From the NCBI GenBank assembly GCA_014360905.1, contig JACIWW010000004.1, positions 71,994 to 135,993 of the forward strand: 64,000 nucleotides of DNA. Direction: 5' to 3'. Below are positions 29,261-39,308 of this stretch, one piece after another. The notes below the pieces were generated by a model. That model worked only from the letters and a program-made list of their open reading frames with translations. It ran no database searches and was not told the DNA's origin. This DNA comes from Chloroflexota bacterium. GTDB taxonomy: Bacteria > Chloroflexota > Anaerolineae > UBA2200. A program made the translations under genes and the position numbers. Position 1 is the first letter of the stretch. The number at the start of each line of letters is the position of its first letter.

Positions 29261-30664
29261 TTACCTGGCGAGCAGGTTGTCTGCAGCAACATCTGCAGCC
29301 GCAAGAGCCTCTGCTGGCTCGGCTTGGCTTTGGCATACAGCAAAGGCAGCGTTCACAAGCAATTCGCGAATGCTCTGCCACTTGGGCACGGCCGGCTCCG
29401 ATTGGGCATACGCCATCAATTGGCAAGCTGCCTCATATTGCGGGTTTTGTTCGAGGTAGCTTTTCATCTCCTCGATCTCTGGACTGGACTTGTGCAGTGG
29501 AAGGGAACCGCAGGACAAGGCCCACTGCACGTCATTCTCGCGCTGCAAAAACCACTTGAGAAACAGCCAAGCGGCCAGTTGCTGCTGAGGTGTGGTGCGC
29601 ATTATGCTCATGGCGTAGCCTTGCACATCTACGACTGGTTCGTCCGTGAGATAGGGCATGGGCGCAATGCTCCAGGTAAACTCGGCTTTCTTAGTCTTGG
29701 GATTCAAAATCGCTTGTGAATATTTAGGCAGGTCGCGTGTTGAGCCAAACGCAAACAAGATCTTTTCTGCAGCAAAATCCGCCAGGATTGTGTCTGGCTC
29801 GGGTGCATAGTAGGCACAGCCATCTTGAATCAAATCTCTCAAGACGGATATGGCGGAAATGACCGGTGAACTGTCCAGTATAGCCTCTCCGCTGCGTAAA
29901 TCAATAGGCGTACCTCCCAAGCCTGCAATCCAGTTGACTAGCACAGGTCCATTGGCGGCATACGCATAGCCCCACGTAGCGGTTTTTTTGTCTCGAGCCG
30001 TATTGCACAGTACCCTGAATTCATCCCAAGTCTGAGGAGGGCTCTCAACTTTGAGTTTTTTCAACCATGTTGCGTTGTAGAACATTACCATAGCATTGCT
30101 ATCGAAAAACAACCCGAGGGGTTGCTTGGTATGGACGGAGAAACACCCGGTTTCCAATGCAATGGGCCACAGGTCGGCCAGCTCCGCCTCACTCAATCCA
30201 TGCTGGGCATTAGCGATGTATTCAGTTATTGGCACGACCGCATTAGCCAGAGCATACTCGGCAATTTGCTCACATGATGCGATGACGATGTCCGGAGGAG
30301 TTCCTGCGGCGATAGCAGCCTGCACTTCCTTATGCAGTGGGCGATGGAATTCTACGCGTACTCGTATGCCATAGGTGTTGCTTATCTGGAAAGTAGAGGC
30401 CAAGGCAAGCAGTGTTGTCTCTCTCTCAGCGGTAAAGGAATGCCATAAATGTATCTCACAGCCTGAGGGATCGAGTACCTCAATAGGAGGCGTTGTAGGC
30501 GAGGGCGCGATCGTGGGCAATACTGTGGGGGGAGGAGAAGGTAGTGGCTCGGGCGACAATGGTGACAATGCACAGGCCCCTACCCCGCTCGTTAATAAAA
30601 CGAACACCAGTGTAATGAACCATTTCTTGTTCTTCATCGAAAGTTCCTTCTCGATCATAGGCAC
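29261..30664 (-). CDS. Extracellular solute-binding lipoprotein of an ABC importer (family 1, carbohydrate type).
   Basis: 467 aa. Lipoprotein signal ending GVGAC. Pro-rich linker. The size and W-rich composition are typical of sugar-binding proteins. Confidence 0.7.
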   Translation of the reverse strand: MPMIEKELSMKNKKWFITLVFVLLTSGVGACALSPLSPEPLPSPPPTVLPTIAPSPTTPPIEVLDPSGCEIHLWHSFTAERETTLLALASTFQISNTYGIRVRVEFHRPLHKEVQAAIAAGTPPDIVIASCEQIAEYALANAVVPITEYIANAQHGLSEAELADLWPIALETGCFSVHTKQPLGLFFDSNAMVMFYNATWLKKLKVESPPQTWDEFRVLCNTARDKKTATWGYAYAANGPVLVNWIAGLGGTPIDLRSGEAILDSSPVISAISVLRDLIQDGCAYYAPEPDTILADFAAEKILFAFGSTRDLPKYSQAILNPKTKKAEFTWSIAPMPYLTDEPVVDVQGYAMSIMRTTPQQQLAAWLFLKWFLQRENDVQWALSCGSLPLHKSSPEIEEMKSYLEQNPQYEAACQLMAYAQSEPAVPKWQSIRELLVNAAFAVCQSQAEPAEALAAADVAADNLLAR

Positions 30665-30998
30665 CGATAGTGAACTCTGTAATGTAAAGCACCTGATTGT
30701 GGGTAGGATTATAAAACAGAATTAATCTGTGCACAAAGTTCGGGAATAGAAAGGTACACACGATACGTTCTGGAATAAAGGCGTTAGTTCGCACAACTAC
30801 TTGGTACGTTATCCTGAAACACCATTCTGAGACGCGAAGCCCCCCTATTTCTTAGAGACTGAAAGTGTTGAAAAGGCTCTTGTCATACTGAGGCACAAAA
30901 GCCCATTAACGATGCGGAACGAGGGATTCTTCTTCACTCAGATGTCGCCCTGAGAGGTAAAGGGATGACAGTGGAGGGCTTTGCCAACACCCTCAGCG

Positions 30999-31027
30999 TT
31001 GCCAAGTGATGAGCAAGATGGTATAAT
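30999..31027 (+). promoter_or_regulatory. Sigma70 promoter with an extended -10 element: TTGCCA, 17-nt spacer, (TGg)TATAAT.
   Basis: Near-consensus hexamers at correct spacing, 20 nt upstream of the NUDIX start. RBS aggagg at 31036-31041. Confidence 0.5.
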
Positions 31028-31046
31028 GGGGTTGCAGGAGGTGAAT

Positions 31047-31493
31047 ATGCATCGTGAGTACCCCAAGGCTCCCATTGTGGGCGTGGGAGCCGTGGTGGTC
31101 AGACAGGAAAAGGTCCTATTGATCCGTCGCGCTAATACCCCTAACCGAGGTCAATGGAGCATCCCCGGCGGAACGGTCGAATTAGGCGAAACCTTGGCTC
31201 AGACTGCCATTCGGGAGGTACGCGAGGAGTGTGCAATCGAGATCGAGCCCGGCGATGTGCTCTCCGTATTCGATCTGATTCAGCGGGATACAAACGGACG
31301 CATCCGTTATCACTATGTGCTGATAGACCTCGCGGCCCGTCATGTAAGTGGGGAAGCAGTTGCAGGGACCGACGCGGTGGAAGTGTGTTGGGCAGATGAA
31401 ATGGACTTGGGAAGATTAGACATTATCCCACGCCTCCTGCCTGTCTTGCGCAAAGCACTGCAACGGGAAAGCCAGCTACCCAACAGCCACTGA
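31047..31493 (+). CDS. NUDIX hydrolase.
   Basis: Nudix box GGTVELGETLAQTAIREVREECAI. I chose the start at the Met that is preceded by an RBS. Confidence 0.75.
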   Translation: MHREYPKAPIVGVGAVVVRQEKVLLIRRANTPNRGQWSIPGGTVELGETLAQTAIREVREECAIEIEPGDVLSVFDLIQRDTNGRIRYHYVLIDLAARHVSGEAVAGTDAVEVCWADEMDLGRLDIIPRLLPVLRKALQRESQLPNSH

Positions 31494-31512
31494 AAGGTCA
31501 AGAAGGTGCAAA

Positions 31513-32610
31513 ATGGCGGTAGAACTCGGTATTGTAGGGTTGCCTAATGTGGGCAAATCCACGCTTTTCAATGCCTTGACCAGGGCGCATGCTCTTGTAG
31601 CAAGTTATCCCTTCACCACTATCGAGCCCAATATTGGTGTGGTTCCAGTGCCTGATGAAAGGCTGCACAACATTGCCGCCATCGTCAAGCCGGAAAAGGT
31701 CGTCCCTAGCACGTTGCGCGTGGTGGACATTGCCGGGCTGGTCAAAGGGGCAAGCAAAGGGGAGGGACTAGGCAACCAGTTTTTGAGCTACATTCGTACA
31801 GTGGATGCCATAGCCATGGTAGTGCGCGCCTTTCGCAATCCCGACATCCCCCATGTTACTGCGGAATTAGACCCTATCCAAGACGTTGAGACTGTGCAGC
31901 TCGAACTCATACTAGCTGATGTGGCTACGGTAGAGCGACGGCAGGAAAGAACAAAAAGCGCAGCAAAAGGCAAGCTTGCTGAGTTCGAAGCCGAACTCGC
32001 TGCTTTGGAAGCATTGCGTCAGCATCTCAATCAGGGGCTCCCAATCCGTGGCGCAACCTTGTCGCTACTGGAAATGGAACTGGCCCGTGAAATGAATCTG
32101 TTGACAGCAAAACCTTGTCTCTACGTAGCAAATGTGGGTGAAGAGGATTTGCCTGATGGAGGTCCCTTGGTAGAGCCATTGCGGCGCCTGGCTGCTAAAG
32201 AAGGAACAGAACTCGTGGTCATCTGTGCCCAGTGCGAGGCGGAGTTGACAGAATGGCCCGATGAAGAAGCCATTGGCTACCTACGTGAGTTAGGAGTGCA
32301 AGAACCAGGCCTCAATCGCTTCATCAAGTCCGGATACCGTCTCTTGAATTTGATCACATTCTTCACCATCACTGGCGGAAAAGAAGTGCGTGCCTGGCCT
32401 ATCCAGCGCGGCACTGCTGTCATCGAAGCTGCTGGCCGCATCCACAGCGATATGCAGCGCGGCTTTATCCGTGCTGAGGTGATGAGTTACAACGATCTGG
32501 TTCAGTCTGGCTCAGCGACTGCAGTGCGCGAAAAAGGTTTGTTGCACCTGGAAGGTCGGGATTATATCGTGCAGGATGGGGACATCATTCATATACGTTT
32601 TAGCGTTTAA
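31513..32610 (+). CDS. ychF: Ribosome-binding ATPase YchF (Obg-family GTPase).
   Basis: 365 aa. GIVGLPNVGKSTLFNALT G1 motif. C-terminal TGS domain. Confidence 0.9.
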   Translation: MAVELGIVGLPNVGKSTLFNALTRAHALVASYPFTTIEPNIGVVPVPDERLHNIAAIVKPEKVVPSTLRVVDIAGLVKGASKGEGLGNQFLSYIRTVDAIAMVVRAFRNPDIPHVTAELDPIQDVETVQLELILADVATVERRQERTKSAAKGKLAEFEAELAALEALRQHLNQGLPIRGATLSLLEMELAREMNLLTAKPCLYVANVGEEDLPDGGPLVEPLRRLAAKEGTELVVICAQCEAELTEWPDEEAIGYLRELGVQEPGLNRFIKSGYRLLNLITFFTITGGKEVRAWPIQRGTAVIEAAGRIHSDMQRGFIRAEVMSYNDLVQSGSATAVREKGLLHLEGRDYIVQDGDIIHIRFSV

Positions 32611-32753
32611 GAACATGTGAATTGGCTCGTAGTGAGCGCTTTAGCACTTAAAAGACGAAGCCCTCATAAGCATAGCCGAGTGGTACGCTCCATCAACACG
32701 AAAGCTTTTTAACGCAATCCGTCCTTTACTGACCGGTTATTTTCAAACGTTCA

Positions 32754-33902
32754 TCATTTGCTGGCCTCGAGCACTTGCCGTGCAATGACCAGGCGCTGGA
32801 TTTCACTTGTCCCCTCGCCAATCGTGGTTAGGCGGTTGTCACGGTAGATGCGTTCGACATCGTACTCCTTCATATAGCCGTATCCGCCGTGAATCTGGAT
32901 GGCTTTGAAACAAGCCCGTTCGGCAGCCTCAGAGGCATACAACTTAGCCATAGCCGCTTCCTTGGTAAAGCGCACTCCTTTATCCTTGAGCCAAGCAGCG
33001 CGGTATACTAGCAATCGCGCCGCCTCGATCTCGGTCGCCATATCGGCGATCATCCACTGGATAGCCTGGAATCGAGCAATAGGTTGGCCAAACTGCACAC
33101 GCTCCTTGGAGTATTTAAGCGCTGCTTCAAAGGCGCCCTGTGCCAGCCCAACAGCCATAGCGCCAATGCTGATGCGTCCGCCATCCAAAGTGATCAAGAA
33201 CTGCTTGTACCCCTCACCTGGTTGGCCAAGCAGGTTTTCCTTCGGCACACGGCAATCTTCGAAGAAAAGCTGCGAGGTAACCGACCCCTTGAGCCCCATC
33301 TTCTCTTCATCGCGTCCAGGGCGAAAACCTGGTGTTCCCTTTTCTACGATAAAGTTGCTAATGCCCCGTGTGCCGGCCGACTTATCCGTAACCGCAGCAA
33401 TGATGACCACATCAGCAATGGAACCAGAGGTGATGAAAATTTTTTGCCCATTGATCACCCAGTGATCTCCGTCCAAGACCGCTGTGGTCTTGATGGCAGC
33501 AGCATCGGAACCTGCTTCTGGCTCTGTAAGGCCAAAGGCAGCCAGTCCTTGGCCAGAAGCCAATTTTGGCAGGTATTTACGTTTTTGTTCCTCGGTGCCA
33601 AAGCGGTAGATGGGATACAAACCCAAGGAGGTATGAGCGGCTAAAGTGATTCCAATGGATCCCGAGACACGAGAAATCTCTTCCACAGCAAGGGCATAAG
33701 ATATAGTATCCGCGCCAGAACCTCCATACTCTTCGGGAATGGGCAAGCCCATCAGCCCCAGGCTACCCATCTTGCGGATGATCTCCCAGGGGAATTGCCC
33801 AGTTGCATCGATTTCTCTGGTGATTGGCCGGATTTCCTTTTCGGTGAAATCATGCACCATTCTGCGGATCATCTGTTGTTCTTCAGTCAGTTCAAAGTCC
33901 AT
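32754..33902 (-). CDS. Acyl-CoA dehydrogenase.
   Basis: 382 aa. LTEEQ..IR N-terminus. YGG..D and C-terminal TIGEGTSEIQR motifs of the ACAD family. Confidence 0.85.
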   Translation of the reverse strand: MDFELTEEQQMIRRMVHDFTEKEIRPITREIDATGQFPWEIIRKMGSLGLMGLPIPEEYGGSGADTISYALAVEEISRVSGSIGITLAAHTSLGLYPIYRFGTEEQKRKYLPKLASGQGLAAFGLTEPEAGSDAAAIKTTAVLDGDHWVINGQKIFITSGSIADVVIIAAVTDKSAGTRGISNFIVEKGTPGFRPGRDEEKMGLKGSVTSQLFFEDCRVPKENLLGQPGEGYKQFLITLDGGRISIGAMAVGLAQGAFEAALKYSKERVQFGQPIARFQAIQWMIADMATEIEAARLLVYRAAWLKDKGVRFTKEAAMAKLYASEAAERACFKAIQIHGGYGYMKEYDVERIYRDNRLTTIGEGTSEIQRLVIARQVLEASK

Positions 33903-33991
33903 TCAGCAATCTCCCTCTTCTGTTAGCATAGACCAAGCAATTCTGAATACTAGTTTTCGCTTATTACTCCTCACTCATTACTCGCTATCCG

Positions 33992-34759
33992 TCACTTGCC
34001 AATCGCAATGCCCGTTGGGTCTATCTCCCGCAGAATGCGACGTTCTTCGGCAGTAGGTGGTTCCGTCATCTCGACGTGCTCTGGAATCAGGATCTCAAAC
34101 TCACTATTCTCCTGAATTTGTTCTATGGTTACGCCAGGATGGGTTGCGAGGAGCATGAGCCTTTTGGTCGTCTCATCGAAGCCATAAAGGCCAAGCTGTG
34201 TAATGACTCGGTACGGCCCGGTGCCTGCAGGCAGACCAGCCTTCTCTCGTGCGCCAGGCCCTGTCAGATAGCCTGGTGTTGTGATGAAATCTACCTTCTT
34301 CAGAAAGCGTCGTTTTTCCTGACGCATCATGATAATAGTCCGCCAGGAGAAAGACCCCACATCATTCGCGCCACCACTGCCAGGTAGGCGGGCTGTAGGG
34401 TGATCATGCTCACCGATAACCGTGGTATTGATGTTGCCATACATATCAATCATCGCTGCGCCAAGGAAACCGTAGTCGATGTATCCCGACTGTGAGATAG
34501 ACATCACGTCGTGCATGCTAGAAGCAGCAACAGCCTGGTAGAAAGTCCGTGATTCACCAACCGAGATAGGCAAGACCGGTACTCGCGGCCCTATTCCGCC
34601 GGCTTCGAAGATGATCAGTAGGTTGGGAGCGTGTGTCCGTTGTGCCAGCATGCCTGCAATCATTGGTAATCCTGTCCCCACAAAGGCAGACTTTCCGTCT
34701 TCCAACAACCTGCTGGCTACCACGGCTAATAGTTCTGTGGGCGTATAGTCTGCTTGCAT
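33992..34759 (-). CDS. Family I CoA-transferase, subunit B (glutaconate or 3-oxoacid CoA-transferase beta-like).
   Basis: 255 aa. Conserved glutamate region EAGGIG...PISVGE typical of beta subunits. Confidence 0.7.
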   Translation of the reverse strand: MQADYTPTELLAVVASRLLEDGKSAFVGTGLPMIAGMLAQRTHAPNLLIIFEAGGIGPRVPVLPISVGESRTFYQAVAASSMHDVMSISQSGYIDYGFLGAAMIDMYGNINTTVIGEHDHPTARLPGSGGANDVGSFSWRTIIMMRQEKRRFLKKVDFITTPGYLTGPGAREKAGLPAGTGPYRVITQLGLYGFDETTKRLMLLATHPGVTIEQIQENSEFEILIPEHVEMTEPPTAEERRILREIDPTGIAIGK

Positions 34760-34762
34760 GAT

Positions 34763-35860
34763 TTACTCCTCCTTCTTCAGCCAGGGTGCCCTCATGGGTG
34801 CTCGCAGTTCCTCCACCTGCTTCAAATATTGCAGCTTGCGTAGCCCTCCTACGAGTTCTAGATACTCGTTAAAATCTTTGGTCCCGTGCACATATTTATC
34901 AAAATATTCTTTGGTGCCTTCTGGTGTTTTGGACAATTGTAGCCACTCACCAATATGCTCCTCATCAAAGAAATAGCGCAGGGGCATCTGGCATGGATGG
35001 GAACCATAGGGCACTTCCACCACTGCATCCACAAGGAAGAACGGGATGACAGTTCGCCACGGGGTCCTGCGGATCTCTGACTCGGGGATAATCTCCTCTG
35101 TAGTCAAAATCAAACGCCTTGCTGCCCGAGCGAGCTCGAAGTCTTCGATCAGTGTGCCGTCAATTTGGGCATTGCCGTATATATCGCAGCGCGGCACATG
35201 GATAAAAACCACATCAGGATAGCAAGCAGGCAAGAGACAGATCGGCTTGCCACTAAATGGATCTTTCACGACTTTGGCTGAACTGTGCTTAAGCGTGTCC
35301 GTGCCAAGCATGTTCCGTGTGGGAATAAAGGGCACGCCCATCATCCCGGCAAGAAAGCGCCATTGATAGGCAGCATTGCTCAGCTCTGCGATAACCCTGC
35401 ACTGCCCCGTCTCTACAGCTCGACGCGAAGCGGGTGATAAACCACGTAGTTCGTGGCCAAAAGCATAGGCCACTTCGATGCGATCCACACAGCCCGAACC
35501 AATCAAGATGTCCGCATCATGTACCGCCGTCTTGCCAGCCAGGATTAGGTTTTTCTTCCGCTGGCGGATGATCTCGTACACGGCAGCCATGGAAACGCGG
35601 ATGTGGCCAAATCCACCAAAGGCAATGTAAGCGCCATCGAAAACGTATTTCGCCACGGCTTCCGCTATGGTCGTGCGCTTGTCTTTCAGATTCCGCGATT
35701 TGTTTTCGCGGATCCAAGCACGATGCTCGTCTGGGTCATGCCAGCCCACTAACTCTCCGCAGCCTTCTGCTAGGATCTCCATACCCTCCTCCCTGTTACA
35801 GGATTCCGCAAGACCCCAAAAGGGTTGAGAAACGCCTCTTGGGGTCTCGTGATCGCTCAA
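34763..35860 (-). CDS. Family I CoA-transferase, subunit A.
   Basis: 365 aa. Pairs with the downstream B subunit across a 3-nt gap. GGFG motif. Confidence 0.7.
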   Translation of the reverse strand: MSDHETPRGVSQPFWGLAESCNREEGMEILAEGCGELVGWHDPDEHRAWIRENKSRNLKDKRTTIAEAVAKYVFDGAYIAFGGFGHIRVSMAAVYEIIRQRKKNLILAGKTAVHDADILIGSGCVDRIEVAYAFGHELRGLSPASRRAVETGQCRVIAELSNAAYQWRFLAGMMGVPFIPTRNMLGTDTLKHSSAKVVKDPFSGKPICLLPACYPDVVFIHVPRCDIYGNAQIDGTLIEDFELARAARRLILTTEEIIPESEIRRTPWRTVIPFFLVDAVVEVPYGSHPCQMPLRYFFDEEHIGEWLQLSKTPEGTKEYFDKYVHGTKDFNEYLELVGGLRKLQYLKQVEELRAPMRAPWLKKEE

Positions 35861-36351
35861 GCGTTAACTGGTACAAAGTGCACAATATCCAGAATGGATC
35901 CCTCGCGTTCACGCTTAGGTTTGAAAACGGCTTTGACTCTCATGCCAATAGTCAGTTCATCAAGGCCCACCTTGCCTAAACGATGGACCAACACGCTATC
36001 CGCACCATCCAACTGGATAAGAGCCAGGATTTCTGGTTCCTCAAGCGGAGAACCATCAGGAGCGATGAGCAAAACGGTGAAGCTCTGTACTGTCCCTTCA
36101 GGGCCTACCTCCACCCATTCATCCAGTTTCGAGAAACAGCGTTCGCAATAGATGGCGGGGGGCACGTACGTGTAATCGCATTCTGGACAGTGCGTGCCCA
36201 CGAAACGGGCATTGTCCATCATCTCGCGGAAGAATCTCTCGCCCGCCAGGCCGCAAGTGTAGCGTCCTTGGATGGGCATATCTCCGCGCCAAACTCTTGC
36301 TTGAATATTCTTGTCTACTTTCTCTAGCAAGGCCATGGGTTTCCTCCTCAC
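35857..36351 (-). CDS. DUF35 protein: rubredoxin-like Zn ribbon plus OB fold (thiolase scaffold subunit).
   Basis: 164 aa. CPEC...CERC ribbon followed by an OB-fold-like C-terminus. 4-nt overlaps with both neighbours. Confidence 0.7.
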   Translation of the reverse strand: MRRKPMALLEKVDKNIQARVWRGDMPIQGRYTCGLAGERFFREMMDNARFVGTHCPECDYTYVPPAIYCERCFSKLDEWVEVGPEGTVQSFTVLLIAPDGSPLEEPEILALIQLDGADSVLVHRLGKVGLDELTIGMRVKAVFKPKREREGSILDIVHFVPVNA

Positions 36352-36857
36352 TCAACAGGTTTGAAGTAGAGGATATCGGTGATGGCGCCGATGCGTTCCG
36401 CGGCAGGTTTCCATACCGCCTTGACTTTCATGCCAATTTTGACCTGTTTGGGGTCTACCTCGCCCAGCAGGTGCAAAATACCCATGCCTTTGGACGCCCC
36501 GGCGATCTCGATAACGGCTGGGATCAGCGGTTCTTCAAGACGTTCCATATCCCATCGCACATGGCAGATAGAGAAGGTGTTCACCACTCCGTGATCCTCC
36601 AGGTACACCCATTCGTCCATGGGTCGAAAGCACCACTCGCAAAAGATGCGCGGCGGCACCACGGTGCGCCGGCAGCGGTGACAGTGTACTCCAATAATAC
36701 GTCCTTCCTTTAGCTCTGCCAGATAGCGGCCAATGGCAATGCCTGCATCCCAGGCATATTGCGCATTTGGCTTCCATTCAGTGAAAAGTACCTTTCTCTC
36801 CGTAAAGTCGGACTCGCGTAGCCCTACACCAGGAAACTCTTTGATCTTGGCAGTCAT
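36348..36857 (-). CDS. DUF35 Zn-ribbon/OB-fold protein, paralog of the gene above.
   Basis: 169 aa. CHRC...CEWC ribbon. Same architecture. Confidence 0.7.
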   Translation of the reverse strand: MTAKIKEFPGVGLRESDFTERKVLFTEWKPNAQYAWDAGIAIGRYLAELKEGRIIGVHCHRCRRTVVPPRIFCEWCFRPMDEWVYLEDHGVVNTFSICHVRWDMERLEEPLIPAVIEIAGASKGMGILHLLGEVDPKQVKIGMKVKAVWKPAAERIGAITDILYFKPVE

Positions 36858-36866
36858 TTTCTCCTC

Positions 36867-38039
36867 CTATCCCCCAATCCCCAGGATGATCACGGTGCCT
36901 ACCTGCATCAGGTCACCCCAAGCCTGGGCCAGCCCAGTGATGGGTTTGCCGGGCACTTGTCGTTTGCCAGCCTCGCCCCTTAGTTGCCAGAAAATCTCAG
37001 CGACCTTCATCAAACCTGCAGCGGCGATGGGGTTGCCCACTCCCAACAGTCCACCCGAAGGGCAGACGGGCATGTTGCCAGTACGCGCGGTCACGCCTTC
37101 CGCGGTTAGGCGTGGGGCTTCACCCTTATCCGCCAGAAGCAATCCTTCCAAATGGTGCAGCTCCTTGTAGTCGAACGGATCGTAAGGCTCAACGACATGG
37201 ATCTCTTTGCGTGGTTCGCGAATGCCAGCCATCTCATAAGCCATGCGCGCGGCATACTCCACGTACTTGGGATAGTACAGGTCTCGGTTCGTCCAGTACG
37301 CAGTGTCCAATGACCATCCCACGCCTTTGATCCACACTGGTTTATCTGTGATACGCTTGGCTACGTTTTCTGCGGCAAGTACCACGGCCACAGCGCCATC
37401 CGTGACGGGGCTTACATCCAATCGTTGCACTGGCCAGGCCAACACCTCGGAGTTCAAAACATCCTCTACCGTGATATTCGGATCGCCCAGCAGCGCGCAA
37501 GGGTGATCAGCCGCATTGCGCTTGTTCTTCACCGACACCAGAGCGATATCTTTTTTCTGCAGGCCATATGTCTGCATGTAGCGGTTCATTTCCAAGGCAA
37601 AAATCCACAGCAAGTTAGGTCCCAGCGGACGCTCGGTGGTGTGGTCGAAGATGGTAAGAAACGCTCCCTGTGGATGAGGCTGGCAACTGGACATCTTTTC
37701 CTCGCAGACGACCAGGCAGACATCGAACAGGCCAGAGGCGACATGATACCAGCCCTGAATCGGAGCAAACACCCCAGTGCCACCCCCCACATACGAGCGC
37801 ATGAATGGCTTGCGCCAAGCTCCCGCTCCATCGCTCAGGTACTCGCCCTTCATGTGCACGGCGTCAAAAGCATCTGGAGCGGTGCCAAGCGCCACGGCAT
37901 CCACATCATCCAGGGTGAGCTCACAAGAATCCAGCGCCATTTTCGCAGCCTCGTAGGCTAATTCCCTGCCGGTTTCCTGGGCGCGTCGGACGAACTTGGT
38001 CATTCCTGCACCAACTACGGCTACCTTTCTCAGACCCAT
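36867..38039 (-). CDS. Thiolase-fold protein of the SCP-x / lipid-transfer-protein (archaeal-type thiolase) class.
   Basis: 390 aa. VAVVGAGMTKF N-terminus and overall thiolase fold. It lacks the canonical two-domain biosynthetic-thiolase motifs. Confidence 0.7.
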   Translation of the reverse strand: MGLRKVAVVGAGMTKFVRRAQETGRELAYEAAKMALDSCELTLDDVDAVALGTAPDAFDAVHMKGEYLSDGAGAWRKPFMRSYVGGGTGVFAPIQGWYHVASGLFDVCLVVCEEKMSSCQPHPQGAFLTIFDHTTERPLGPNLLWIFALEMNRYMQTYGLQKKDIALVSVKNKRNAADHPCALLGDPNITVEDVLNSEVLAWPVQRLDVSPVTDGAVAVVLAAENVAKRITDKPVWIKGVGWSLDTAYWTNRDLYYPKYVEYAARMAYEMAGIREPRKEIHVVEPYDPFDYKELHHLEGLLLADKGEAPRLTAEGVTARTGNMPVCPSGGLLGVGNPIAAAGLMKVAEIFWQLRGEAGKRQVPGKPITGLAQAWGDLMQVGTVIILGIGG

Positions 38040-38051
38040 TTTGACCTCCTC

Positions 38052-39203
38052 TCAATTGCACAGGATGACTGCGGCGCCGCTTGTTGTGGGCAAACCACGC
38101 CAAGCGAAAGCCAGGCCAGCCTCTACATCGGGCAGTTGATGCTGGCCCGCCTCGCCGCGCAGTTGCAGCACTACTTCTAGCAGCCGTGCCAATCCAGAAG
38201 CATCCAGCAAATGACCCATCCCCAAGCTGCCCCCAGAAGGATTCACCGGAAAATCGCCCCCAATCTCAGTAGCCCCATCCTCGGTCAGCATCCCGGCTTC
38301 CCCTGGACGACAGAGGCGTAACGCTTCCATATGCTGTAGTTCTTTGTAAGAGAATGTATCGTCAATCTCGGCAAAATCTAATTCCTGCCAAGGAGTTCGG
38401 ATGCCAGCCATCCGGTAGGCCGTCTCTCCCGCTTTTGCTGCATAGATAGCGTTCATCCAATCCCTGTTTTCCAGAGAGAACGAATCGTTGCACCACCCTA
38501 CACCTCGAATCCATATGGGTATATCGCTCAGTTCTTCCGCTCGTTCTCTTGCAGCCAGGACCATGACAATGGCTCCATCCGCACGGGGACTCATATCCAG
38601 TCGCGAAAGGGGATAGGAGACTATCTCAGATTGCAAGACATCCTCGATAGCAATGTTGGCTCCGTACGCAGCAAGGGGATTGTACAAGGCGTTGTGCTTG
38701 TTCTTCGCTACTACCAGCGCGCATTGTTCCCTGGTAGTGCCCGTCTCACACAGGTAACGGTTCATCTCCAAACCAGCAATGAAATGGGGATTGACCTGCA
38801 GGGGTCGGTTGTACACCGGGTCCATCGCAAAGGCCATGATTTCATCGGGAGTAAGGATGTTCGATGCCTTGCTATGAGCCTCCACTGCCACAATGTCCAT
38901 CGCCCCGGTGAGGATCTGTAGGTACGCGGCAATGAAACCATGCAAGCCTTCTCCGGAAATGGTATGGACTGGTTTCAGCACCGCCCCCAGTTGGTCGGGG
39001 ACATACTCATCGAAAATGCTCGTGCCTTCCGTGAAATCCTCCGCTACAGTCACAAAACTCTCGATATCGCGGCGCGGATCTACGCCAGCATCTTCATACG
39101 CTTTGACCGCTGCCTCGTACATCAGTTCCTTGTATGACACTTCTGGCGTCAAGGCACGGAAACCAGAATAGCCTACGCCAATAATAGCTACTTCTCTAGG
39201 CAT
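38052..39203 (-). CDS. Second SCP-x-type thiolase-fold protein, paralog of the gene above.
   Basis: 383 aa. VAIIGVGYSGF N-terminus. Same family. Confidence 0.7.
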   Translation of the reverse strand: MPREVAIIGVGYSGFRALTPEVSYKELMYEAAVKAYEDAGVDPRRDIESFVTVAEDFTEGTSIFDEYVPDQLGAVLKPVHTISGEGLHGFIAAYLQILTGAMDIVAVEAHSKASNILTPDEIMAFAMDPVYNRPLQVNPHFIAGLEMNRYLCETGTTREQCALVVAKNKHNALYNPLAAYGANIAIEDVLQSEIVSYPLSRLDMSPRADGAIVMVLAARERAEELSDIPIWIRGVGWCNDSFSLENRDWMNAIYAAKAGETAYRMAGIRTPWQELDFAEIDDTFSYKELQHMEALRLCRPGEAGMLTEDGATEIGGDFPVNPSGGSLGMGHLLDASGLARLLEVVLQLRGEAGQHQLPDVEAGLAFAWRGLPTTSGAAVILCN

Positions 39204-39308
39204 AGCAGACCTCCTCTCTGAGTAGTGAATGGGGCACAGAATACTGTTTCAGCTCTCGATACGCTTCACCTCCTCTCCTGGAACAAGGATTCCCGATCCC
39301 GTTCTTGA

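Noticed and set aside
29239-29343. Upstream start (29343) for the phosphodiesterase ORF.
   Set aside because: That start would give a 35-aa leader with no signal peptide and an 83-nt overlap with the SBP gene. The internal Met at 29238 yields a clean signal/lipoprotein sequence.
32611-32753. AAAGCTTT palindrome after ychF as an intrinsic terminator.
   Set aside because: The stem is only 4 bp. That is too weak to call.
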